From: a virus
Taxonomy: Duplodnaviria > Caudoviricetes
Direction: 5' to 3' (one strand)
Virus record (IMG/VR): IMGVR_UViG_3300049846_001398
Span: 1 to 35,635 of that record
DNA length: 35,635 nt
Below the pieces are notes generated by a model. It ran no database searches. It was not told the origin of the DNA and saw nothing but the letters and a program-made list of their open reading frames with translations. The position numbers and the translations under genes are program-made. How positions within the stretch are numbered: position 1 is the first letter of the stretch; each line of letters opens with the position of its first letter. This document shows, one piece after another, positions 17,730 through 26,147 of the stretch.

Positions 17730-19619
17730 TCATTTACCGGGGGAAACATGAAGGTTCCCCTGTTGTTCTATGTCCCCCATCTGGATCGACTGATTTGGAC
17801 TTCCGATTGGCGCATTTGGGATGGTCCCCTGAGGGTCCAAAGGGCCGCTTGGGGGCTGGATACCCCCCTGTTGAGGCATTGGTCCCTGCCCTGCCATCCC
17901 CATTGGAGCAGGGGGAAGGGGAGTGGCTGGATAGACAAACTTCTGCATATTGGGGACTGAGATGTTGGGAGCGATTAGGTTCTGCAACATCTGTTGACCG
18001 TCAAATGTCAGTGGATTCTCAGACATCTGTGATGCCTGAACCAACTGCACTATTTGTTGTATCAAATTTGTGTTCTGTTGAAGTTGGAGAGCCTTGTTTG
18101 CCGCCATGATCGAGCCAGTGGCGTTCCACGCATAGTTGCCTAGAAAGTCCTCAGGGCTCAAAGTGAGTAGGTTGTTGTTCATGTCGAAGAACTCAATAGG
18201 GGCGGTCAACAACTGTTTCGACAAAAGGAAGAACTTCTCAGCCAACTGCTTGATGAAGTCCTCTTGGAGATGGGTCAACTTCAAGGCAAGCCTGTTGGAA
18301 GCGTTCTGATAGACATAGGAAGCCTGAGTTGCCGTTACATCACCAATGTTCTCCCCTGATAGGGCTTTGCCTATGCCAGTGGTGTAGGCTATCTGATCAT
18401 CCAAATACTGCTTGGCTTTGATCAGAACACCTATGTCCTGACCATCCATCTGCTGTTCAAAGGAGATGCCTTCTTTGTTGTCCACAAAGATGACACCTTC
18501 CTCAATGCGTCTGAGATTTTCAGGGCTGATGTTGGCGGCTGGTGTGACCACTGTGAGATGCTGTCCAACCTTCTTGGTCAACTTGCCGATCTGGTAGTGG
18601 ACATAGGAGAGATGGGAAGCCAAAGCCCCCACAACGTCTGGTTCACCTAATCCTAGAAACTCATTGGGGTTCTCATAGGCTCTAACCACACAATACATTT
18701 TCTGGCGCTGTGGATTTGGGATGAACTTGATGACTCGATTGCCAGCCAGAACCCAAATGATGTATTCCCTTGCCACAAACTTGCCGTTCTCGTCTTTGGA
18801 ATAGATGGTGGCTGAATACTCGTCATAGTAGGTGTTGCCATCGTGTTGATCCTCAGTGTTACCTCTCTGCCTAGCCTTCTTGCCTTGGTTTTCGGTGGTG
18901 GTCATATCATCGTCTGAGAACCAACCGCATTCACCGTTGTCCCTAATGACCTTCATCTTGTCTTTGCTGATGAAGATGCGTTCTCTCAACCACTCACAGT
19001 TGTTTACATCCTGAGACTCGTTGTTCAAGTCCCAAGCAAAGGTATAGGGATCAACTAGGTCAAAGTTTGGGTGGCTTGAATCAACAGGGACAATCTGACC
19101 TGTGAGGACATCTACATCCTGCTCTGGATCGGTGTCCCAATAGACTTTAACTACTGAGGTTCCATAGATGAGTAGATTCTTGATGATGGCTTCTGATTTC
19201 TTACGTCCACTGGAAGCATCTTTGATGGTCCTGTTGATGTAGTTCTTGACCTTGTAGGTCTTGGATCCATCGGGGTCTTCAAACTTGGGGGTAGCATCGA
19301 CAATCATGCTCTGCCCAAAGATGGAATTGAGCAGGTGGGGAAGTTCGACCTCAATGAGGGAGAAGATTTCAGGAATCTTGACCGAGACACCCTCAGTGGT
19401 TATCTGCTGATTCTTGTAAGCGTTGTAAGCAGTCTTGAGGTTCTTCTCATGGGTCGATTTGAACTTGTCGAACTGAGACTCGTACCGCTTGGTGATAGAC
19501 TTGACCTTGCTTTCAGTCAGTTCATCGGTGAACTGTAGGTGGATGGAGTCATCACGTTCTGGCTGATCGCCACCTGAAATGAGTTCTTCTATTTGGTTGT
19601 CAGTGAAAAGGGGTTCCAT
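17730..19619 (-). CDS. Portal protein (P22/SU10-like)
   Basis: LIYGTSVVKVYW, VDPYTFAWD, EFLGLG, TGI...G...TATQAS motifs, Pro/Gln-rich tail; follows TerL. Confidence 0.92.
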   Translation of the reverse strand: MEPLFTDNQIEELISGGDQPERDDSIHLQFTDELTESKVKSITKRYESQFDKFKSTHEKNLKTAYNAYKNQQITTEGVSVKIPEIFSLIEVELPHLLNSIFGQSMIVDATPKFEDPDGSKTYKVKNYINRTIKDASSGRKKSEAIIKNLLIYGTSVVKVYWDTDPEQDVDVLTGQIVPVDSSHPNFDLVDPYTFAWDLNNESQDVNNCEWLRERIFISKDKMKVIRDNGECGWFSDDDMTTTENQGKKARQRGNTEDQHDGNTYYDEYSATIYSKDENGKFVAREYIIWVLAGNRVIKFIPNPQRQKMYCVVRAYENPNEFLGLGEPDVVGALASHLSYVHYQIGKLTKKVGQHLTVVTPAANISPENLRRIEEGVIFVDNKEGISFEQQMDGQDIGVLIKAKQYLDDQIAYTTGIGKALSGENIGDVTATQASYVYQNASNRLALKLTHLQEDFIKQLAEKFFLLSKQLLTAPIEFFDMNNNLLTLSPEDFLGNYAWNATGSIMAANKALQLQQNTNLIQQIVQLVQASQMSENPLTFDGQQMLQNLIAPNISVPNMQKFVYPATPLPPAPMGMAGQGPMPQQGGIQPPSGPLDPQGTIPNAPIGSPNQSIQMGDIEQQGNLHVSPGK

Positions 19620-19644
19620 ATTTGCTCCCTGATTGGATTCATGT

Positions 19645-19671
19645 TTCCTCTATTAGTGGATTTCTATAAAA
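19645..19671 (-). promoter_or_regulatory. Variant of the phage promoter-like motif (TTTTATAGAAATCCACTAATAGAGG)
   Basis: Intergenic upstream of the portal; first half identical to the other copies. Confidence 0.55.
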
Positions 19672-19681
19672 GAGGGGCTGT

Positions 19682-21172
19682 TCAAAGCCCAAAATCGAGT
19701 TTGGAATGATTGGGGGTCTTGAAGGTGGTCACCGGCTTCTGCTCTTTGCCATACCAAGTTTTGAGCCAGTTCTTGTAGACCGCTTGTTTGTTCCAAGTCT
19801 GATCGAACAATTCTTGGGGACTAAATTGACCGTCTAAGGCTCTTGGGGTCTGGTTTACGATGTATCTGAGGGCATCCAAACAATCATTGTCTTCATCGAC
19901 TGGCTTGTTCAGTTTCTTCTCATGCCACCTGAACAGCCCCAACTCCCTGATCAGGTGCCTACATCGGCTGTTGATGATGATTTTCCGTTCCTTCAACAAC
20001 TGCTTTATCCTAAAGATGGTCGCTATCTCATCGGTCTTGATAGAGTTGGAGGTAGTGATACCTAGTCTCTGCAACTGACCTGAGATGGACTCCATGCCAC
20101 CCACTTTGGTATTGGCGCTGTAGTCAATGATGGTCATAGAGGGAAGAAACCTGTGTCGGCTGAACTTGTTCTTGATTTCAGCCGCTATCTCAGGGATGCC
20201 TACCTTTTCGTATTCCTCCACCCCTTTGCCGTTGTGGACCACCTCATCAAAGACATACAACTGACCTGTGGGTAGGACTGCTGTCATGAGAACAGCGAAC
20301 TTGGAGCGACTGTAGCCAGGGTCTATACCTACAAATGTCCTGCATTCAGAAGCAGTGAAGTTGGGCTTGGCTGATCCGTGTGAGATACAGACTTCCCATT
20401 CGGGTTCCACAACGTTCTTGTCAGTGAACTCAGGATAGATGAGACCTGAGTTGAACTCCCATGACCCATCAAAGTAGATACGCTTGAACTCATCAGAGGC
20501 ATTGGACATATCAGCCAGATAATCGGCTGGCAGGTTGTCCAAGTTGTCAAAGGTGGAGACGTGGAAGTGCTTGATGCCTTCATCTTCTGAGGGCTTGTCT
20601 ATGTATCGACCTTTGAGCCACCCTGCCCTTGGGTTGGCTGTCATGAAGAGGTAGTTGCGTGGATAGAGCAACTGACCTGCTTTGATATGTTTCTCGTAGG
20701 TGGCTAGATACTCCCTTGTGATGACATTGGAACCACCCCATTGGGAAAGACGGGTATTCTTGATCAGGTCAAAGTCCTGCTCTGCTACCAACTCAACCTG
20801 CTCAAAGAAGATGAGTCCTGCTGTGATACCAAGCAGGTGTTCAGCCCCCTCAGCATGTCGAAAGTAGATTCGTGATCCGTTGTTGTAGTTGAACTGCCTG
20901 CTGGAATCTGCCCAAACACCCTTGTCCTGAGTAAGGAAGCCAGGTGAATGCTTGAGAATCATGTGGGTGTCGGTCTTGATGGACTCATAGGACTTACGAA
21001 GGACCAAGGCTGTCATACCTGGGGTTCTTGAACACAGATAGTCAATAATCCAGCAAATGAGAAAGGACTTACCTGATCGAACTCCACCCTCAACAAATAT
21101 CTTGTTGTGGTCGATTAGTGACTCAATGACTTCCTTCTGCTTGTTGTTCCATGTGATTTGCTTTGTCTTCAC
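19682..21172 (-). CDS. terL: Terminase large subunit
   Basis: Walker A GGVRSGKS, coupling motif TANP, RNase H-like GIDPG and DNDCLDALRY. Confidence 0.95.
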   Translation of the reverse strand: MKTKQITWNNKQKEVIESLIDHNKIFVEGGVRSGKSFLICWIIDYLCSRTPGMTALVLRKSYESIKTDTHMILKHSPGFLTQDKGVWADSSRQFNYNNGSRIYFRHAEGAEHLLGITAGLIFFEQVELVAEQDFDLIKNTRLSQWGGSNVITREYLATYEKHIKAGQLLYPRNYLFMTANPRAGWLKGRYIDKPSEDEGIKHFHVSTFDNLDNLPADYLADMSNASDEFKRIYFDGSWEFNSGLIYPEFTDKNVVEPEWEVCISHGSAKPNFTASECRTFVGIDPGYSRSKFAVLMTAVLPTGQLYVFDEVVHNGKGVEEYEKVGIPEIAAEIKNKFSRHRFLPSMTIIDYSANTKVGGMESISGQLQRLGITTSNSIKTDEIATIFRIKQLLKERKIIINSRCRHLIRELGLFRWHEKKLNKPVDEDNDCLDALRYIVNQTPRALDGQFSPQELFDQTWNKQAVYKNWLKTWYGKEQKPVTTFKTPNHSKLDFGL

Positions 21173-21188
21173 ACATATACCAACCTAT

Positions 21189-21965
21189 TTAGAATGTGTT
21201 CATCATCTGGTTCTGATTGAAGGTCATGACCTGATGGGTCTGACCCCCTTCATCTGTCCTGAATGAGATGGCAATGTTGAACTTTCGGGCTTTCTGACCT
21301 GCCATATCCTCTAAGACCCCGATCAACTCTTGGACACCCATCTTAGAAGGGGTCAATGTGGAGTTGGGACGGTCATCTCTGATAATCCTTGTCTGACCAC
21401 CCCCAAGAAGTGACAGATTCTTGCTCTGCATCTGGAAGTAGGGCTTACTCCCATTCAAAATCTCATAGGCAATGCTCTTGGGATCCTGCCAGTCACCAAA
21501 AATGCTCCTAACTAAGGCTTGCTTGGACTCAAGAACAGCAGACTGAGGGATGTTTTGGTAGTCAAACCTCAATCCAAGTTCAGACTCAAGGGCATCTATT
21601 TGGGCTTTGAGGATTTCATTTTCCTCTGCCGCTTTTTTGGACCCTGCTAACTTGAGATTGGCTGTGTATTTCTTCCTGAGGTCCACCAACTCTTCAAACT
21701 TTGGGTCTGTGGCCACCTTGGGTAGATAGTTGATGGGGGTTGGACCCTTAGATTTGGATGCTTTGGGCTTCTGAGCATTCCCTAAGTAGGCTTCAATGGC
21801 TTGCAACCTCAACTTGGTCTGATCCTTGCGGTATTTCTCGATCAGATTCTTCAACTCTGAGGCTTTGTAGGGGTTGGGACTTACTGAGAGGGCAAACATC
21901 CTTAAATTGATGGAGTTGGACTCTGCTAGATAGTCATTGAGGGCTTGAAGTTGGACTTTGTTCAT
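21189..21965 (-). CDS. Hypothetical protein directly upstream of TerL (possible small terminase)
   Basis: 258-aa helical ORF; TAATG coupling to groES; function inferred from position only. Confidence 0.6.
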   Translation of the reverse strand: MNKVQLQALNDYLAESNSINLRMFALSVSPNPYKASELKNLIEKYRKDQTKLRLQAIEAYLGNAQKPKASKSKGPTPINYLPKVATDPKFEELVDLRKKYTANLKLAGSKKAAEENEILKAQIDALESELGLRFDYQNIPQSAVLESKQALVRSIFGDWQDPKSIAYEILNGSKPYFQMQSKNLSLLGGGQTRIIRDDRPNSTLTPSKMGVQELIGVLEDMAGQKARKFNIAISFRTDEGGQTHQVMTFNQNQMMNTF

Positions 21966-22237
21966 TAGTCTTCCTCCAAGATGGCTGTAATCTCGGTGGC
22001 TTCGATCAATAGATACTCAACCTTGTCGAACTTGTAAGGCTCACCTGCATATTTGTTGTAGAGAACCACCTGTCCTTCCTTGAGTCCTGCATCCTTGATC
22101 AGGGGTCCAGTTCCAAGGGTGTGGACAATAGCCTGTTGTGTCTTTTCCTCTTCAATCGAAACTATGATGTCCTCATCCCATTTGCCTTTCACAATGGGCT
22201 TGATCAGAACACGGTCAAAAAGTGGTCGAAGTTTCAT
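21965..22237 (-). CDS. groES: Phage-encoded co-chaperonin GroES/Cpn10
   Basis: LRPLFDRVLI, GTG, LKEGQVVLYNKYAG, EYLLIEATEITAIL match the Cpn10 signature. Confidence 0.9.
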   Translation of the reverse strand: MKLRPLFDRVLIKPIVKGKWDEDIIVSIEEEKTQQAIVHTLGTGPLIKDAGLKEGQVVLYNKYAGEPYKFDKVEYLLIEATEITAILEED

Positions 22238-22379
22238 TTGGTCTTACTCCTTTGAATGTAGTTGATTCAAACTTAGTGATACAAACTTGGTTTTGATAAT
22301 TTTTGTGATGGCTATTCTACTAAGGCGCTGTTCCAGAAAGTGCTAGTGGAAGTGTCCCAAACATTTTAAGGACAGCCCC

Positions 22380-22526
22380 TCAGTTGTTGTCCTGATCAGG
22401 AAGCATATTGGGAACCAAGTATGACCCCTCATCATCAATGAAGTAGTAGAGGCTGAGGTCGATGCCTTCCAATATGAACAACAACTCAAGGTGTGACTTT
22501 TTAGCCTTCAATGACTCAAGAGACAT
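22380..22526 (-). CDS. Small hypothetical protein
   Basis: MSLESLKAKKSHLELLFILEGIDLSLYYFIDDEG...; start uncertain. Confidence 0.45.
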   Translation of the reverse strand: MSLESLKAKKSHLELLFILEGIDLSLYYFIDDEGSYLVPNMLPDQDNN

Positions 22527-22678
22527 CCAAATCAGACCGTCCTTATGACTTTCGGTTTGGCAAACCGTCACTTTAGGTATGACTATTTGATAAAAACCAT
22601 TGATGGCCTTGAGTCAAACAGGTTTGAACTCACAATGAGGACTGCCAAAGTATCCTCAAGTATCCTTACTGGGTCTGA

Positions 22679-23074
22679 TCAGGGCTTGGGAGGGCTGTAG
22701 ATGGACGATATTTGGGCTTGCCGCCTTGCATCCTCATCGACCTTCATCTTCTCCATAGCCGCCTTCTTAGCCTCAAATTTGAGTATGTCTGGTTGCATTG
22801 CCAATTGGGTCTCTCTGACCTGTTCAGGGGTAGGCTGGCTGATCGCTTTGAAAGGGCTGGCAGGGGCAAGGGCTTCTGATGCCAACTCAATGGACACAAT
22901 GTTCTTACAGTTGATCAGAGTCCTTGTTCCACCCTCAGTGAACTCATAGATAGAACCCCTCTCAATGCTTGTTCTCAAACCATTGATAAAGTCCCTTGAG
23001 TTGCTAAATTCGACCTCAAAATCACCATTGATGGTCTTGATCAAAGCAATTTTTGACTCCTTATTCTTCACCAT
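22679..23074 (-). CDS. Hypothetical protein
   Basis: AAGGAG SD before MVKNK; overlaps the upstream stop. Confidence 0.7.
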   Translation of the reverse strand: MVKNKESKIALIKTINGDFEVEFSNSRDFINGLRTSIERGSIYEFTEGGTRTLINCKNIVSIELASEALAPASPFKAISQPTPEQVRETQLAMQPDILKFEAKKAAMEKMKVDEDARRQAQISSIYSPPKP

Positions 23075-23549
23075 TGAAATCTCCTTGTTTTTCAAATCTT
23101 TGGTTCATTTTGATGCTCAAATCATCTTCATTCACATTGGTATTAATCTTGATCTCGACAGTTGGGGCTAGGCTCTCCAACTGACCCACATTTGCAGACA
23201 ATTTGTTGATTAGAACGATGGAATTAGCCTTCCTATCGGCTGGAACAGGACTCTTTATGACCATTTCTTTGAGGGCTTCATTCTCAGACAAAATCTTGGA
23301 CCTCAAACCCTCTCGATTGACCAACTCAAGGTTTTCCCAATGGGCCTTCTCCATCCTCTGCAATTGGACCCTCAAAGCATTGGTGTTCACCTCTGGCTTG
23401 AGTTCCTTCCACTTATTGATGATTGAGGCTCTTTGATCAGAGGTCAAAAAGGGTGATGACTGAACTGCATCAAAGTAAATCGGATAGAGAAGCATATCCC
23501 TCTCTTCCATGCTTATCCTGTTCTCGGTCTTCCTCATCTCTTCACTCAT
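23061..23549 (-). CDS. Hypothetical protein, first gene of the late arm (small terminase candidate)
   Basis: AAGGAG SD; helical with C-terminal TVEIKINTN beta strand as in some TerS. Confidence 0.65.
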   Translation of the reverse strand: MSEEMRKTENRISMEERDMLLYPIYFDAVQSSPFLTSDQRASIINKWKELKPEVNTNALRVQLQRMEKAHWENLELVNREGLRSKILSENEALKEMVIKSPVPADRKANSIVLINKLSANVGQLESLAPTVEIKINTNVNEDDLSIKMNQRFEKQGDFNGEE

Positions 23550-23761
23550 ATTTGTCTCCTTACCAATAATTGAAACTTATAAGATCCCGCACATTTTCAT
23601 CATATCAATTTTTCAAAATATGCCTTTTTCAACCAAAACAAGTTGTCTTTTCAGCATTCATTACTTCGATAACAAATTGTGAAAAACATGAAAAATTTGA
23701 TCGAAATCTAATATAGGAGAGGGACTGTAATTAGGGTCTCCACAAGGATGGTAAGGAGCCA
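23550..23761. promoter_or_regulatory. AT-rich divergent control region between late and early arms
   Basis: Strand switch; repeated TTTTCA / TGAAAA tracts; promoter-like motif at 23696-23722. Confidence 0.7.
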
Positions 23762-24553
23762 ATGAGATGGGAAGACCACTTGAGATATAAAAGGGCAATG
23801 CAGAAGCAAGGCAAGGCAAGAGACATGAGTCTGATTAAGTTTCTAAAGTCAGTTCTGCCACCTGAGATGTATGACAGTTCTGAGAGAAGGGCTTACGTAA
23901 GAAAGCAGAAGATTAGGGAGTACAACAAGCGGTATAAGGCAACACAGACCTACAGGGATAGTCAGGTCAGGATTCTTAGAAGGATGAGAGCCAGAAGGAA
24001 TGAGGCTTGCCACGATGACATCAATTGGGTGTTAGAGCAGTTTCAGGTCGATGAGGACACAGGAAGGGTTCTTTTCCCCAAGGCTCACAAGAATAGGTTC
24101 ACTGGATATTGGCAGTGTCAGATTTGGGGCAGGACATACATGGTTCATCGAATGGTGTGGATGCAGGCAAACAGGAAGTTGATACCTGAGGGGCTAGAGA
24201 TTGACCACATTGACGGCAACAAGGACTTCAATGGAATCAGTAATCTGCAATTGGTGACACGGCAAGAGAACATGAGGAAGTATGCAGTGAGTGAGGTGGC
24301 GGTCTTGAAGCATAAGAATTGGTTGGAAGAGGTCTATGAAATGATGGCCTTCTATCATCAACAGCCCTACAAGCAGAAGTATCGAAACACGATGGAGAAG
24401 TTTGGGGTAAAGCAGACCACCCTCAATGCCTATGCCCAAAAGTTTAGCGCCTACAGGATGGCAACAATGGGGAAGGAAGAGGTCATCAGGTCGCTGTTTG
24501 TCAAATGGTTGAAAGCCCGAAATCTTGAACGATCTTATAAACATCTAATATAG
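23762..24553 (+). CDS. HNH endonuclease (HNH_3 type)
   Basis: VHRMVW...IPEGLEIDHIDGNKDFNGISNLQLVTRQENMR. Confidence 0.9.
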   Translation: MRWEDHLRYKRAMQKQGKARDMSLIKFLKSVLPPEMYDSSERRAYVRKQKIREYNKRYKATQTYRDSQVRILRRMRARRNEACHDDINWVLEQFQVDEDTGRVLFPKAHKNRFTGYWQCQIWGRTYMVHRMVWMQANRKLIPEGLEIDHIDGNKDFNGISNLQLVTRQENMRKYAVSEVAVLKHKNWLEEVYEMMAFYHQQPYKQKYRNTMEKFGVKQTTLNAYAQKFSAYRMATMGKEEVIRSLFVKWLKARNLERSYKHLI

Positions 24554-24578
24554 GAGAGGAAAGACAAGGGAGGTTTCT

Positions 24579-24743
24579 ATGAACTGCAAAGTCTGTGGAA
24601 CGAAGGTACCAGAGTATAACGACAGTCAGAGAAAATATTACTTAAAGAACAAAGCCAGATTGAATGCCAAGCGGGTTGAGAATGCCCGAAAGAAGGTGGA
24701 TGCCAATGGACTACGAAGTAGAAAGGCTGATACAGAGGATTAG
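24579..24743 (+). CDS. Small basic protein with CxxC (54 aa), not in the ORF track
   Basis: GGGAGG SD; MNCKVCGTKVPEYNDSQRKYYLKNKARLNAKRVENARKK... Confidence 0.65.
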   Translation: MNCKVCGTKVPEYNDSQRKYYLKNKARLNAKRVENARKKVDANGLRSRKADTED

Positions 24744-24864
24744 GACCACAGGTGATCAGATGCAAGCCAACTTTGACAGGAATGTTCAGTTGAAGTTGAT
24801 GACAGAGCAGAAGCGGTTGTTCATGCAGTCATGGTTGGATGCAATGGGGGTGTATGAAGAATGA
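24706..24864 (+). CDS. Small hypothetical protein
   Basis: MDYEVERLIQRIRTTGDQMQANFDR...; AAGGTGG SD. Confidence 0.6.
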   Translation: MDYEVERLIQRIRTTGDQMQANFDRNVQLKLMTEQKRLFMQSWLDAMGVYEE

Positions 24865-24914
24865 GGCGGGTTGATTGGCTGATGCAGAAGGGTAGGAGTG
24901 AAAAGGTTGAGGAC

Positions 24915-25031
24915 ATGGACGAGATTGAACGGGCTTGGATCGTGACTAAGGTTTTGACCGATAGGAGCCTCTTGGAAGAAATCAGTGAGAGATATGATGA
25001 ATACATGAATCAAAGGGAGGAAGGGTTATGA
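24915..25031 (+). CDS. Small hypothetical protein (38 aa)
   Basis: GAGG SD; ATGA overlap with the next gene. Confidence 0.55.
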   Translation: MDEIERAWIVTKVLTDRSLLEEISERYDEYMNQREEGL

Positions 25032-25282
25032 ACTACTTCAAGTGGAGTGATGAGATTGAGAAGGGGATGGATGGATACAGGGGACATTTTGTAAGCATCT
25101 GTTTCGACAAGAAGGACGGAACCGAGAGGGTTCTAAATGGGGTCTTGTGTCGGGCAAGGGATCAGTTCTTGGTCAACGAAGGGACCACTGAGGAACCAGA
25201 GTTCAAACAGTTCAATGTGAACAAAATCAAATGGGTCAGGCTTAGGGGTATCACCCACAAGCCAAAGGAGCAGAGCAAATGA
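25028..25282 (+). CDS. Small SH3/WYL_2-like beta-barrel protein
   Basis: FVSICFDKKDGTERVLNGVL...FKQFNVNKIKWV, the common phage FxKKDGxxR motif. Confidence 0.65.
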   Translation: MNYFKWSDEIEKGMDGYRGHFVSICFDKKDGTERVLNGVLCRARDQFLVNEGTTEEPEFKQFNVNKIKWVRLRGITHKPKEQSK

Positions 25283-25416
25283 GGAAAAGGAGCAAACCAA
25301 AAAAGGTCAAAGAGTATAGGAAGCCACTTGAGGTCAAGAAGCCGGTAGTAGTGGCCAATGTTGAGGACTACATCAGGCTAAGTAGTGGCATTAGATGTGT
25401 AGGGTGTGACCTGTAA
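25279..25416 (+). CDS. Small basic protein (45 aa)
   Basis: AAGGAG SD; ATGA overlap; ends IRCVGCDL. Confidence 0.55.
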   Translation: MRKRSKPKKVKEYRKPLEVKKPVVVANVEDYIRLSSGIRCVGCDL

Positions 25417-25484
25417 GAAGTAGTCCAAACAACAACAACTCTCTCAGAGGTTGATGAAATCTAAAAAGATGTAGGTGATCACAA

Positions 25485-26072
25485 ATGATCGAATATGTGG
25501 GGTGTGTGATGGACTTCTGTCTGCAAACTGACAGGAAAAACTCTTTGTTGTATGAGAGCAGAGGTCAAGGCAAGACCCTGAGAAGGCTCAAGCAGAACTT
25601 CTCAGGGAAGATGGCAGAACTATATGTGAACAAGCATTTGAAGGCAGGTTGTGAGGACCACATTTTGAAGGACTATGGAATGGGGGTCTTCCATTCAGAT
25701 TTGAGTTATCAGGGCAGGGGCTTCTCCATCAAGAGTCAGGATCAAGAGTCAATCAGTCAGTATGGAAGTGGAAGGTTTGTCTTTGGCATCAATGACCCTC
25801 TAAGAAGTGATGTTTACTGTGGGGTCATTGTTGACTATCAGTTCAAGCCAGTGAGTGATTGGTATTTTGAGGAAGAGGAAGAGTTTAAGAGTTGGTGTCA
25901 GAGCATCGAGCAGGTGAAGTGTAAGTATGACTTTGTTTGCAAGAGGGCGGCCTTGGATGGGGATGTGTGGGCAGAGGCAGACGGGCATTTGAAGGGGAAG
26001 AAAGTATTACTTAGTTCAAAGATTGCTCTGAGTGATCGCCTAGACCTCAAAAATAGTTTCCCAAAGCAGTAA
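25485..26072 (+). CDS. Putative PD-(D/E)xK restriction-endonuclease-fold protein
   Basis: GKMAELYV...HSDL...FSIKSQ arrangement; AGGTG SD. Confidence 0.55.
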   Translation: MIEYVGCVMDFCLQTDRKNSLLYESRGQGKTLRRLKQNFSGKMAELYVNKHLKAGCEDHILKDYGMGVFHSDLSYQGRGFSIKSQDQESISQYGSGRFVFGINDPLRSDVYCGVIVDYQFKPVSDWYFEEEEEFKSWCQSIEQVKCKYDFVCKRAALDGDVWAEADGHLKGKKVLLSSKIALSDRLDLKNSFPKQ

Positions 26073-26147
26073 AGATGGAGGGGCAGATTGATAAAATTAG
26101 GCATCTGAAAAATGAGTGGATCTTATAGAAAAGTATTTCAGTAGATA

